Below, in pieces: positions 1-14,082 of a stretch of DNA of 64,000 nucleotides. This DNA is from Tubiluchus corallicola (taxonomy: Eukaryota; Animalia; Priapulida): contig JAQGDQ010001049.1 in assembly GCA_030141605.1 (NCBI GenBank), positions 1 through 64,000 on the forward strand, written 5' to 3'. Under the pieces are notes generated by a model. The model searched no databases, was not told the origin of the DNA, and saw nothing but the letters and a program-made list of their open reading frames with translations. The translations under genes and the position numbers were made by a program. The number at the start of each line of letters is the position of its first letter. Positions within the stretch are counted from its first letter, which is position 1.

Positions 1-1534
1 CTAACAGTTAAATTATCTATAGTGAGTTTTTAACTAATCAAAAATGAGGTGTCATGTTTCTTAATTTAAGAAAATTTAATGTTTTAGTGGGAATTAATGA
101 AATGTGACGTAGTCGTCAATTATTGTTTATTTATCAGGAATCCCTAGTTCCGACTTTCCGTATTTCATTGTTAAGCAATTCGGGGAAAAGAACATCTGCA
201 TAATATTTTACCTTTGCTTAACCTGTTGTTGCGTGTATGTCTCTTCATTAACTGAAAACAGAACCACCGCTCAACCACAATAATACAAGCAGTCAAATTC
301 AAATTTAATTTATTTGTCTGTTATAGATACAAAAGCGAAATATACAATTGTTGCTGTGGCCTGCATAGCGACGGGTTTACGAAAAACCATTAGGTTATCG
401 TGTCAGACCACCAATATCAGTCACCCAACAGTGATAAGACGTTAACAAAACTAGTAATATTATAAATTACTCTATTAAAAATATGGTTCCAGACAGATTT
501 ACACGACATCAGCTTATTATTCCTCCTCTAATTTAGCAGTGGATTCTACATGAAGCTGTCTAGCTGTCTGCTAAAATTATTTAATAATAGAAGTTACCGC
601 GTTTTCATATAAAATAGTCTCTCCTAACCTTTTGTTTCTAAGCCAACTAATAAACCTGTTTGCAAAAGTAATAATTATTGTAGTGTTTCCAGACGTTTTC
701 ACGTTCACTGTGTAGTTTAGTCACCCACCCAGTGACATGCATTGAATGTAGAAGATACTGCACACGATGAACACCTCCTAGACCTAGGCTAGATTGGCCT
801 AAAACACAAGCTCAGTTTCCATTAAACCATAATATTGATATAACCATAAGTTAAATCTCTTTATTACGCTCCCCCCATAATGCCAACCTCGCCTAGCGCC
901 CATATTTTTTATTCAACAAAATGTCTGTATTTGCATAGACATGAATGCATTAATGTACGTCGTTATAAAGCCAAATTCGCTTATTATCAACTTTTTTGCT
1001 GTCCCAAAGCAGGTGGTGCAAAGAGGTTTGACCGTAGCAAATTCTGTGGTGCATGAAGTAAGCTCTAAGCCTCAAAAAGCAACATTAAACAAATAGTTCC
1101 AGAATTGCTCGGGGATTTCGTAGAACTAATTACTCACACGCAAGACTTGTCACCTGATCGACTGCGTGTTAGTCTTGTGTGCAACGGAAATGGTAACAGC
1201 TAAAGAATTATTAATTACAATTTTCACAAATCATGTTGTATTCTTACCAATTATGTTTGTCACAGAATAAATTCACAAAATACTTTTAATAACACGTCAA
1301 TGAATGAAGAAAGAAGAAAGCAAGGAAGAAAGCAGTAGTACTAGTCGTTGTCGTCGTTGTTGTCACTGTCGTCGCCACCGCAGTGGCCGTGGCCGTTATC
1401 GTACTAGTGAAGTCGCTCACCGGCCGCGACATAATTTCAGCCTCAGCTACTTTTGTTAATCTCAAAGATTAACCCTCAAAGCTCTGCTGCTACGCTAAAA
1501 ACTATTTAATTTTCAGATGATACATAAATTAAGT

Positions 1535-1579
1535 TGTTGTTGTTACTGTTGTTATTGTTTTTGTTGCTGCTGCTGCTGC

Positions 1580-1625
<46 letters not shown>

Positions 1626-2078
1626 GCTGTATACCTAACCTGAGTCGCGTATACAATTTCAGTCGCAGCTGCGTTATTAACCAATACTGCGATTAAGCTT
1701 CCTGATAATATATAAATAATTATATTGTATAATGACATAGGTTTATAAGATCTATTAAGCGTCTTATATATGCATTAGCTTGATTGGTGCGTATTAGTTT
1801 GTTTCTAGCAGGTTCATTTCTAAGCAGGTGCATTTTGTTTAAGGGAAGCCTTAATCGGTCATCAGATGTGGCTGCCAGGCTAATGGCTTCGACCTAGTGA
1901 CAGTCCTCCACACGTCTGACGTCGTACCAAAACACTACTACTACTATTACCACCACCACCACCACCACCACCACCACTACTACTACTGTTACTATTGCTA
2001 TTACTGGGACTGCTACTACTGTTGCTGCAGCCGCCACTGCCGCCGCCGCTGACACCACCACCACCACTACCACTACTA
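1535..2078. repeat. Trinucleotide microsatellites (GTT/GCT)n 1535-1627 and (CTA/CCA)n 1934-2078
   Basis: Directly visible. Confidence 0.95.
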
Positions 2079-2133
2079 CTCAGAAGTGGAATGATCTGCA
2101 TGGCGTTTTGTACGACGTTGCTGCGTGGCTAAT

Positions 2134-2821
2134 TATAGGTTTTACATGTCAAATGTAGACCTGCGTTAACTCAAGTGTAGATTTAGGTAGCTTAAATGTG
2201 TTAACAATGGTTTTCAAGAAATCTTAAGCATTTTTGGTAAGTCAAATGTAGACACATGTCAAGTCAAATGTGACATTGGTATCTCAAATGTGGATAGGTG
2301 GCAAAGTTCAAGGATGTTAAATTTAATCTTCTTTAATTTCAATTTAATCATTGTTCTTAAGTTAAAATAACACGTTATACGTCTACTAATAGTTCACTAG
2401 TATTCTGCAAACTTTACATTCCATTGGAACTGTTAGAGAAAACAATACATTCTTAAAATAAAGTGTTCTCGAGAGAAACTAATTTATTAATGCAGTGCTA
2501 ATGCATTACTTAAAAAACTAATTAGTGATTCACTGTTCATTGGGAAGTGGGTTTTTTTTTTGGTTTGGTTTTTTTGTTTGTGGATAAACAACGCATTTTT
2601 CAAAGTTATAAAAGAGGTGATGACCATCTTTGGTCTATCGTTTTGTAATTTGCACTTAAATGAGTTAATTACCGATTTATTCAAAGTAATGCATCTACAT
2701 TTGACTTACCTAAGTCATATTTGAGTTACCAAAACACATTCGAAATTCCCATGTCTACATTTGACTTACCTAAGTCACATTTGAACTTTCCTGTGTCTAC
2801 ATTTGACGTGTAAAACCTATA
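2134..2821. mobile_element. MITE / non-autonomous TIR element with subterminal repeats
   Basis: TIRs tataggttttacatgtcaaatgtagac and gtctacatttgacgtgtaaaacctata; several GTCAAATGT(A/G)G motifs at each end in inverted orientation; possible TA TSD. Confidence 0.8.
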
Positions 2822-3107
2822 GTAAAGTGATTCTTAAACTTTTAAACATAATAACGAAAATATAATTCTTGAAAACACTGACTAAACAAAACTCAAGAAG
2901 GAATTTTCATTCCAAAAAATAATCAAGGAGGTTATTTTATTTGTCTTACGTCACATGCAGAAGACTATGCGTAAATGTCAGTAGTAAGTTGTGAAGTTGT
3001 GCAGGCAAACTTGAAATACACAGAATATAGGGATGGTTATATAGAATTCCTTTAAAGCAAGAGTCTCGTAAAATATTACAAAAATATTAAAATTTAGTTC
3101 ATTTCAG

Positions 3108-6100
3108 GTTCATAGTGTTGACATTGCCTACGCACCAGGGTTACCAGATTATTACTATTATGAACCCGGAGATCTTATTCTTGGGTGTATGATACCCATT
3201 CACGCATACCTCGCTACAGAAGGTTACTGCCATAACAAATTAAACTCTGTGCCATACTGGACGCCTGCATTCTATACTTACAAGTTTACGTAAGTACATA
3301 TTTTACTGTCGTGATTGAAGCTATACCGCTCTCGATCTTATGGCTACATGGAACTTCATGAGTTTCAGCTACACAAAAAAGTCGCTCAGTCGTTTCGCGG
3401 AATGAATAGGCTAATCAATATCATGTCAACTGCATTAATAGCATTGCATTGACAGTTCGTATCAGGAGATAAACATGGTAGTCAAATGCTTTTAGGCCTA
3501 TTTAACCCCAACAGACATTCAAGCCTTTCTCAACGCATTATGATGAGTACACAAGGAAGTTGTCAAATGCTTTTAGGCCTATTTAACCCCAACAGACATT
3601 CAAGCCTTTCTCAACGCATTATGATGAGTACACAAGGAATTCATAGTTATTATTAAGCAAAAGAAACTTATAAATTAAAAAACTTACCTTTTTCTGACGG
3701 TAAGCGCTTTGGCGCGAGTGAGCGAGAATAACGTACACAGTGCAGAAAGCGTCTTTGGTTACCGATGTTTGTTTACCTATTTTTAGTGACCTCGCGACCG
3801 TAATCAAAACGTCATTCGTCTCGCGTAACCAAAAATGGCGGTTTTCCGAATTTAACACTGCTAACAACGAAGTGACAAAAATCGAAAGAAACAAGTTTTA
3901 CAATAAATTGATAATAAAATAAATTTAATATTCATAGGATTTTAAATTGTAAAAGCTTATAGTTATAGTGAGGGTTTAGTTTGATTTTAAACCCATGCAA
4001 AGCTGCAATTTTTCTTACAAATTAGAGCTGAGGATTAGAGAAACTAGAGAAAGAGACCTTCAAAAAACTTATTAGTCAAACTGTTAATTTTGTATAGGTT
4101 GGACTCCATCAACGCCAATGATAGCATTTTACCTGGTGTGAAACTGGGTACGTTGGTACTAGACAGTTGTAATAAAGAATCTACTGCGCTTGCGCAATCA
4201 TTCCGTTTCTTGCCAGAAAGTGCAAAAGAAAGTAATAATTCTGAAGGTAAATGACAGATTTTTAATAGATTCGGTTTCCATCAATTATGTTTACACTTAT
4301 GTAAGTCACCTATTTATCAGGTTTTTCAGTTTTTTTGGGATTTACTTGTAAATCAACGTATAAACAGTCTAGCATGATTATTGCAATAGATCTTTGGTTT
4401 TAGGGCTAAATTACGCATAAAGCCTATGATACACCAAAGAGTTTAGCGTCTGGAAACGAGAAAGAACATATATTTTAGCAGTGGACGATGAAACCAAAGG
4501 TTTTGGCAACGACATTAAGAAGCCAGACGCTAGAAGCTCTTTCTATTCCTCGAGCGTCTGGCATCCAACGTCCAGCGTCTGTTCCTCAACCAGCTATTGA
4601 TGATTGTGCCTGTTACTACACAAATAAATAACGTAAAAAAAGAAGCATCGAAGAATAAATGTAATATTGTGTTTTTTGCGAAGAAAATGGAGGTTGGACA
4701 CCAAATGCTTTGTTGTTAGCTCAGTTACCTAGTGAACGGCTAGACGCTGGATCATGGAAGCTAGCAACTCGATGCGGAACGCTTTGCAGCTTTGGTGTAT
4801 CATAGGCTTAATTAAAGGAAGAGCCAATTATTTTTGAATTTGAACTCCATATACATGTCGTTCTTTTCCACTTTGCTCAAATCCGTCTCGTAGTCAGAGT
4901 ATTGAAAATTCCTTTCGATTCTGTTTATAGTAAGATATAGTACAAAAATAATTTTTATTCTTGTAAAATGTTTTACTGAGTTTTTAAATCGCATTTTAAC
5001 TCCGAGTAGGATTTTAGGCTGAGGCTCTTGATAGCGTGGACTTCAGATACTAAAAAAGTCTACCATAATCCTAAGTACTCGAATAAACAATTGCTTGTTA
5101 AACATATATGCAGGGCCGAATTATCCTACGGGCTAGTGTGGATGCACCCTTGGGCTCCTCAAGCTTGGGGTCCCTCAAACTTTGGTAACATTTGTTAAAA
5201 ACCTGTTTTTTCGTCACCGTTGTGTTGAAATATGTGATAAATTGGTTTGCAACAAGTAATAAAATAATGGTATTTCTTAAAGAATATTTATACGAACAAG
5301 AATATCTATTGACGAACAACAGATGGCTCTTCTAGTTTGTTTAGGAAATTTGCAATAAGTTTACTTCAGACAATATAAATGTCGCTAAAATATATACCAT
5401 TAAAAATATAATGATATAAAATGTCATGATATAAAAAGCATCACTAGCCAAAAATATTCAAGACGGTTGTGGGCGAATTAGAGCGTGGCTTAATCTGATG
5501 GGGCCCCATAATTTTATTAGTCTAGGGCCGTTATAATCCGGCCGTGCATATATGAAATACTGCTGCTAATTGTTCTTCTGTAGGTGACGAAATTATTCCA
5601 AAAGTTGTTGGTTTGGTCGGTGACGCTAGAACACCAGCATCTATATTAATGGCTCCTCTATTGATGGTGTATCAGATACCACAGATTAGGTAAGAGTTGC
5701 GTGATGCTCAACTGGTCAACTCCGCTTACTGGACAAGAGTTTTCTTGGTGATAAAATTTATTACGATCAGAGTTGCCATTTTCCTTGTTTAATTCAAATC
5801 GCATCTGTCAGTTAATGGTCAATTATTTGGTTTTTCCTATAGACATGCATAATAATCAGGCCTATTTTTGTTGAAATGTAAAAAATGGTAGACAAAAGTG
5901 TAGGCCTAGCTAATAATGTTGGAAGGATTTTACAATTCTCCACACAATTTAAATGCTAACTGTAACCCTAACCTTAACCTTAACTCTAACCCTAACCCTA
6001 ATCCGTTTCACGAACTAATTTCTTGTGTGTGGAGAATTGTAAATTTTAGCTATAGCGTTTCTATGTTTTCAAAATAATACATCCATGTCTGTATCTAGGA

Positions 6101-9100
6101 CTTTTGCCAACGTGAATATCGAAAGATGGTACCATATTTTATAGGATTCTAACGGCACGTTTAGACTAGCGAGTTTTTTCACCAAGTAACTCGCAAGTAC
6201 GTTCAGACTAGAGAGCAAAACTTGCTAGGAATTATTCATAGACAATAATCACGAGCTGATACTTAGTTCTCTATTCACTGCGAGAAGTGTCGAGAGTAAC
6301 TTGCCGAGGCATTCACAATAGACAGTAATTCGCAGGCAATCAACTCGCAACAACTGTCAGAGTAACTTGCCAACAGTAACTCGCAAAGCAGTTCGCGCTT
6401 GCAAGTTTGCTGTCAGAGGGAAAACTAGTGACTGAAAACTCGTTAGTCTGAACGTGTCGTAAGACGTTTCAAAGCATTCTTAGTTTTCAATTTCAATATT
6501 TTAATCAAATTTAAACTGCACATTGTGATTTCTTTATACAGATTATTGTACTTATGGTTTGAAACTGTGATACAGTTTATAACAGTTTGAAAATTTTAGA
6601 TTCACTGAAGATTTGGAAATGAAAAGGCCCTGTGAAAAACAAAACAAATTGCTTAAAAAATTCACACTGCACAGTATGTATTTATTTATTTTTTTTGAAT
6701 TTCAGTTATTGGGCTACGAATGACATCCTAAGTGACACTGACCGGTATTCTTACTTCTTTCGGACGATTCTACCAGACAGATTCCAAGTCCAGTCAATGA
6801 TGGATGTTGTGTCCAATTTTGGTTGGACTTACATCTCCTTCGTTTATCTTGATGATCCTTATGGCCACAATGCCCTCAAACGTGTAAGGTAAATAAATCT
6901 CGCAGTTTCTACTTACAATAAACTAATTTGAAAATAAAACATGAAAGTATAGTTCACATGAAAAAACCTGATGTCATTTTGATTAAGGTTCGCTATTTTG
7001 GTGTTGAACAGCCCCAAAATACATGACCAAATGCAGACCTACTGTGCTTGTATTAAAGTTATTTTGTTACTTTGTTCACAGTTACTTTGTGAATAGAAAT
7101 ACATTAAATTTTCTCCACTTGTGAGAGTTCATTTTTGAAAATAATAATAATTATTGCAATTTCTGAATAATTTCTGAATTTCTTAAAATGTCATTTTTTA
7201 AAAAAAATCACTAGCGCTATCAAAGTGCTATTTAGTTTAGACCACCTGCAGTATCTATTACAAAAAACTGTTTCCTTTAAAACCGTTTTTCTTCTACCTC
7301 AAACAGATAGCGTTGAATTCAGAAATAGATCATTGGTGGGATTTCTGCGAATCCTAGTTTGTATCAGTTCTTAGTTTGTTGGTGGTAATGACCTATCCTG
7401 TTTATTTGTTGCAGAGTAATAGCAGCCGAGAGAGGTATTTGTCTAGCTGCCACCAGGATGATTCTCTACACAGAGGATAAAGAGAAGGACTTTGATGCTG
7501 TCGCTGACGACCTCATTGCCCATTGGAATGCCAGGATTGTCATCATGTTCATGTTTGATCCCTTCCCCAATGGCATCTTCCGGGCTCTGCAGAGGAGAGG
7601 TGCCCTAGGTCATTTCGTATTCTTTGCCTCTGATGGTTGGGGCATCACTGCTCAAGAACTCAAGGGTTATGAAGACGTTGTCCAAGGGATGTTTGGTTTT
7701 CATGCGTTTACTCAACCTTCAGAAAAACTTCTCGATCACATCAAGCAACTCAAACTGGAGGACGAGAAATACAATCCCTGGTTCACACAGTACTGGGAAG
7801 ACTATCACGACTGTAGTCTGTTTCATTTATCTTTGCTGAATGATGGAAAGGTTTTTACTACAAATCCTCGTAAACCAGCATGTTTAGGCAACGAGACATT
7901 TTCGGATCATCCTGCCCTCGAGTACACATCGGTGCTAATTGTTGATCCTGTTTATGTGTTTGCAAATGCTCTGCACGAAATCCGGGAAGAAAATTGCCCA
8001 GGTGCAGTTGGGGAGGAATTGAGAAGGTGCATTCCTGGAAAACGACTGAAGAAAAAACTGCAAACTGGAACATTTCAAAGTCCAGGTGGTGAAATTAAAT
8101 TTGACGAATCTGGAGATGTCAAAGGAAAATATCAGATCAATAACCTCATACGAAACAAAAATGGCGCTTACGAAATGGTCAGACTGGGATACTGGGATTA
8201 CCTTACGGAAAGTCTTCGTCTAAATTATGACGTCATACAATGGCCGTTAGATCACAATGGCGTGGATACTCCTGAATCAGTGTGTAGCCATCCATGTCCT
8301 CCTCGACATTACAGAGTACAACAAGAAGTTCATTGTTGTTGGGACTGCAGACCTTGTAGACCTAACGAATACATAACAGGTAAGACAAATGTAGTTACAA
8401 GAACTACAGAAGTTTGATTTTGACAAGAGTCACAGTTAGTCAAAATACAACTAAATAAGTTTACCAAAAAATGCAAACTGATTGACGGGTTAGCTCAGGG
8501 ACCAACTGTAAATCATTTCTGTGTACCAAGGTTCTGCACCTTCTTTGCTTATAAATTTAAGCATAAAAATGAAATAGGATATTTTTGCTACCTATTAATT
8601 TTGAGGGCCTCAATACAATAACAGTATGGTACTAGTAATGTAAATACTGTAAATCATTTTATACGATTTTGCAGAAGATGGGCGAGACTGTTTACCCTGT
8701 GAATTGTTTTACTGGCCAAACCATGTCAATGGGACTGCCTGTGAGGAAATACTTCCAACATTTCTGCAATGGCACAATCCTCTGGCTATTGTCGTTACTA
8801 TATTGTCAACAGTTGGAATATTTACTGCCCTAGTTGCTGGTTCAATCTTTGTTAAAGTATGGTTTTTGTAGTTATTAATAAAAAAGATGTAAGATATATT
8901 TTATTTGAGTAATATAAAATGCATTTTTTGATGGGTTGTGAAAACGATTGACGATCGCAGATTGCATAGAAAAAGTAACACCAAATTCACAATGTTTTTC
9001 TGATTTTTCTGCCATGTAGAACTATTTAAAGCGTCCCTGTTACATAAAACTGCATGTTCTTTTACGAGCTAATTACAGCTTCTTAGTGATTAGTGATTAG

Positions 9101-9505
9101 TTGAAAACAAGGAGCTAGAATGCAGTACAATAGCTTGAACAGTGAATTTTTTTATGTTTGCAGAACAAGAATGAGCGGCTCATCAAAGCATGCAGCAGAG
9201 AGTTGAGTTTTCTCATGTGGGTGGGAATCATGGCTTCATGTCTTGTTGTTTTTGCCATGTTGAAGAAGCCCACAGAAATCAGCTGTTACGTCACACATTT
9301 TGGGTTTCATCTCTCCTTCACTATAATCTACTCTCCTCTGCTCTCCAGAACAAACAGAATCTACAGGATATTTGCATCAGGGAAAAGAGGAAGAAAACAG
9401 CCTGGATTCGTTAGTCCAAAAGCTCAAATTTTTTTGTCAACAGTACTGATGCTGATACAGGTTTGATTAACACAGTTATTGATAACGCAATTGAATCTTT
9501 CGTAC

Positions 9506-9592
<87 letters not shown>

Positions 9593-10585
9593 GAGCGAGA
9601 GAGGGGGAAGAACGAGAGAGAAAACTGAAGAAACGAAATAAAAACTCAGTATTTGGGTTTGTGATATGACAGACTTATGAATATGACAGAATATGTGGTC
9701 CCAAATGAGTATACATCTAAATAATTCCTCATACACTTTTCACAACTATTCAAAGTCTACAAAATTTTACAACGCGTTTACAAACTGTTGTTTAAAAACG
9801 ACAGCGGGTTTAGATTTGACTGAAGCAGGCACAACAGTTTTGCGTTATTTACGTTTGTGCACGAAGTACTTTACTTTTGCTTTACTTTGACCATTTTATC
9901 TTCAGGTTGTATTCAATGTTGCCTGGGCTGTAGTATTTCCACCAGGTACAGAGAAAATAATGAGGGTTCTGACGGAGAATCACGTTGAACTAACATGCCG
10001 TACCTCCGCTCCAGCTTTCTTAACTTCTCTTGCTTACAACGTACTGCTTTGCGTCTTGTGCAGGTATGTATTGACATCTACGATACTTCAGCTCACTTCA
10101 TAATTAATTAAATAGAAATTTAGTACTGTGTTGACACCAACGTATAGTGATTGTCTTCAAGTTGCCGTTTTTTCAGCTATTACGCATTCAGGACACGCAA
10201 GCTACCAGACAACTTCAATGAATCTCGTTTCATCAGCTTTTGCGTCTACACAACCCTCGTCATGTGGATCGCTTTCATTCCCAGCTACTATGTTGGCAGC
10301 ACCGTCATCTATCAGACAGTTTGTTTGTCTTTGGCTCTCCTTCTCAATGCCCTCGTTTGTTTATTGTGTCTCTTTTTCCCAAAGATCTACGCCCTGCATT
10401 TTGTGTCCGATGATGAGTTGAACATTAAAGGAGGCATTACCATGGGAACACAGATAATGTCAGTTAGCGTAAGTTCCTCATCAAGACCAGCAAATGCCAC
10501 TACCATCAAAGTGGTTCACGGAAAGGCATCTGTTGATAATACTGGTCATCTTCTCCCCAATCAGGTTTTGGTGAACAGTAGATAA
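3108..10585 (+). CDS. Class C GPCR, metabotropic glutamate receptor-like (gene A); multi-exon, 5' signal-peptide exon not located
   Basis: Exons with GT-AG and consistent phase: 3108-3289, 4098-4246, 5584-5689, 6706-6888, 7415-8379, 8675-8856, 9164-9460, 9906-10063, 10177-10585 (TAA; AATAAA follows). Translation gives VFT motifs ([48 protein letters not shown]), a 9-Cys CRD ([18 protein letters not shown]) and 7TM motifs ([31 protein letters not shown]). Confidence 0.93.
3481..3639. repeat. Perfect tandem duplication, 78 bp x2 (period 81) in intron 1 of gene A
   Basis: gtcaaatgcttttaggcc...gagtacacaaggaa occurs at 3481 and 3562. Confidence 0.95.
4421..4808. mobile_element. PIF/Harbinger-type MITE
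   Basis: Perfect 19-bp TIR AGCCTATGATACACCAAAG / CTTTGGTGTATCATAGGCT, flanked by TAA on both sides; internal agcgtct/agacgct repeats. Confidence 0.85.
5111..5546. mobile_element. hAT-type MITE
   Basis: TIR CAGGGCCGAATTA / TAATCCGGCCGTG with a perfect 8-bp TSD, CATATATG (5103-5110 and 5547-5554); GGGCCC-like subterminal motifs. Confidence 0.88.
5929..6043. mobile_element. Tiny TIR element enclosing telomere-like (TAACCC/TAACCT)n
   Basis: Inverted repeat tttacaattctccacaca / tgtgtggagaattgtaaa around taaccctaaccttaaccttaactctaaccctaaccctaa (5964-6001). Confidence 0.7.
6153..6459. mobile_element. PIF/Harbinger-type MITE
   Basis: TIR cggcacgtttagactagcgagtttt / aaaactcgttagtctgaacgtgtcg with TAA TSD; internal aactcgc/aacttgc repeats. 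Confidence 0.8.
9506..9600. repeat. (GA)n microsatellite in intron 7 of gene A
   Basis: Directly visible. Confidence 0.98.
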
Positions 10586-11396
10586 TTAATAAAGTTGCTA
10601 AGTTAAACTGTCAGCTATGAATCCAGTGTCCTCGTGTTTAGGATTTTTGCTTTCTGGAAGTATGTTATCATTGTATGCCCCATTTAAAACAAATTGTAGT
10701 ATGAAGCCTCCAATATGTTACTTTTCAGATAGCCTACGTAGTAAATAAACACTCGCCAAGCCAGACATATACATATAACCCTCATTTTATCAAAGGAGTT
10801 ATTTACTACTGCTACTACTTGTAAATAATTATTTATTAGATGGTATGTTGTTAAGTTTTAATTTAGATATTTGAAATTGCACTCAGGGATGTTACAACAG
10901 TATTGAATGTCAGTTGTCTTATCATGAAACTGATAAATACTGACTTACTCATAATAATTTGATACATTGAGCTGATACCTTAAACATTAAGCTGATATAA
11001 TGTCGAATATCATCAAAAGTGTGGTGAGACCGGAAGAACTAAGCCGACATGACCAATGTATAGATTAAATATGGCCTACTGTGCACACTACTGCGTTTGT
11101 TACCACCCGCTAGAAGTGGGGGAATTCCTCCAGGTACTATCAGAGTTAAATTAGCAGACTTTTAAGATAAATAAATATTGTTTCTTTTCTTTTTTCTTCC
11201 TCGTTTCCTCTCTCTTTTCCTTTCCATTTTCCTGCTTTCCTCGTGTCTATCTCTCAGGTTCCCTTTCTTTCATCTTCTTTTGTTTTTTTCCACGCCCTCT
11301 CTTCCCCCTTTCCCCCTCTTACTTTCTCTCACCCGCACACCCACACCCACACTCTTACTCTCTCTCTGTTTCTCTATCTCTGTCACTTCACTCGTT

Positions 11397-11399
<3 letters not shown>

Positions 11400-11446
<47 letters not shown>
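11400..11446. repeat. (CT)n microsatellite
   Basis: Directly visible. Confidence 0.98.
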
Positions 11447-11449
<3 letters not shown>

Positions 11450-12356
11450 ATAGCAAGTAATAACGATGCTATTAACGATAGTTTACGTTCAATAATAAAT
11501 TGTTAATGTTATTCGTGTCGATTGTTAATGTTATAATATATATGTTCATATATATATATACGCCAGTAAATTGTTTTCTGATTTGATTTGATTGATTTTT
11601 AGTCTTTATTGCAAACTCTATGTTCATACATACAAAAATACATTCAGGGCAAAAATTGCAACCAACGATTATACGATGTTTACAATTATAATGACTTAGT
11701 TACTAACACACAAAATAAATGAATGATTAACTATAAAAAATTACATAAACAAAAGAAGTTATATACATTTCTTTCTAATGGAACAACTGAAGAAAGCATC
11801 ACATTTTTTGATTTCTGAAAGTCATTGCTTGTAACTATGAATAATAGGTACAGGTTCATCAACAAAAGCCCACAATAACCCACTTATGTCTATAATAGAT
11901 AAATGCATGGAACACATTAACTTAAAAGCAGCTATACTTTAACTAATAGATGATATTTCGCCTTGTTAGTGAGCTCTCACAGCGCTTATGAACTAATAAT
12001 GCTGGTTGCAGTCATATAAACACATTGACAATAGATTTTTACCAAACGCGTATAAATACATAGGATTTTTGCATTATTAAATTAAAACAAGTTATAATGG
12101 TTTACGCACTTATACCTGCCTGAGAGGTTTCCTTATTAGTAGATAATGAGGCTCCAAGTTTGGAGGATCGAAGTAAATTGCAGCTGATAATATAATAGAC
12201 GAGTTTTTCACGAAGTTAGTTGTTTCTCATTATGTTTGTTTGGCAGCGAAGAATGATACTTGTTACCATCGATTACATTTCATCACTTATTATCGCGCTA
12301 ACTATAATAACATTTCATTAACGCTCTTACTTTAACGATTTGATTTTCAACAGTGG

Positions 12357-12505
12357 TTATCATCATCATCGTCGTCGTCATCATCATCATCATCGTCATC
12401 ATCATCGTCGTCATCGTCATCGTCATCATCATTATCATCATCGTCATCATCATCGTCGTCGTCATCGTCATCATCATCATCATCGTCATTATCATCATCA
12501 TTATT
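12357..12505. repeat. (ATC/GTC)n microsatellite
   Basis: Directly visible. Confidence 0.97.
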
Positions 12506-14082
12506 AATCACTAAAGTAATAAAATAAATAAGTGAAACAGTGCTGAATTAAAAAACTTAATGTGACAAGAAAATAGTTTCAGCTAGAGTGGGATAATCAT
12601 GACTGTAGAGATTAGGTAGTTTAAGTTGTCTTAAAAGCAATATCCAAGAAAAAAACAAGAAGGCTCTGCAGTGTGTTGTATATTAATTACATTTGCGACA
12701 AAACGTTTACGACTATGTAGTTTTTTAGCCAATTCGACTAAGTTAATTACACGCATTCAACGCTCAATCAGCCGCGATTGTGTAAACAGATGCTGAAGAA
12801 GATACTGTATTGCTAAGTGCAGTTGAAGTGTAAACACGATACCCTGCTGAAGATGAAATTCCCATGTAATTGCATTTCTTAATTTCTTCCTTAAAAATTT
12901 ACAAAATTATGCTGCTTGCGCAGAAGCGGGGATAATCGGTATGACAACCGGACAAACTGAGGGAGGAAATTCGAGACAGAACAGAAGGAAGGAAGGATAG
13001 CTTAAACAAAGGGAAGCGTATAAACAAAAGAAAATTAACTAATTACAAAATTATCAATAAGTGTGCAATAAATATCAAAACACATTTTTTCAAGATTTTT
13101 GATGTTAGTTGTACGCAAGGCCTGCATACAAATTAATTAAAGCGCAAAAACTAATTAGTGTGAACAGTAAGAAAATAATAAACGCTTTATTTTACAAAAC
13201 ATGAACACAAATACAATTAACAAATCATATACTTAAAAAAACAACGCATACAGGAACACGTCTCTACGAATACAGAGCTCCTTTTAAGCGTATTTGATTA
13301 AAAAATATACCATAATTTGTAACAAACACAACCACTTATACACAGTAAGAAGCAGCTATTAGTAATTGTAATTCTCTGAACTTATTACACTGCAGAAATA
13401 TTGATTTTCCTGCAGAGTACTTGTCACCTTGAATAAATCGATCAACCAAGCGACGCACAGACAACAGAAACTGACGTGTAAGTGGATGCTGATGATTTGC
13501 TCTCAAAATACAAAATGTTTAGGAATAAATGCTAGAGGTATAATGCTAAATATTGCTAATCTATGCTTGTAGCTAGGGTGCTGGCCATGGAATGGTTCTA
13601 AGGTCATTTCAAACGAGACAGCTAAATAAAACATCATCATACAATAATCGCAGCAGCTACCGCCCCATAACAATTTCGTGCTGCTTCGGAAAATTAGTGG
13701 AAAGACACGTGAGCGTGGGTTAAGATTTTTGAGCAACGCAGTTTACTAGACATCGGACAGGAAGGCTTCATACATAAGCGCAATACCACGCGATAAAGTG
13801 TAAGAGTATTATCACATATTGAGAATGCCCTAATCAAGAATCGTTTTGGCATCTCCTTGTGTTGCAATAACTACACAGTAGCAAGAAATTTGAATTTTCA
13901 AAATGTGGAAGAAATAGTGGTTGACTGCATGGTGCTGGCATCTGTCGGTGGCTAATGGGATGAAAGCACAATAAAATTATGATTAAAATATCATAATTAT
14001 TATAATAATAATTTAATTATAGGTATCAGCTTCGCAGTGCAACTTCATTATAATTTTAAGGTGGATTCTAATTATAACTGCA

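Noticed and set aside
295-1000. LINE 3' relic on the minus strand (similar hint at ~11580-11900)
   Set aside because: Only a tail-like repeat and very weak peptide resemblance; not supportable by eye.
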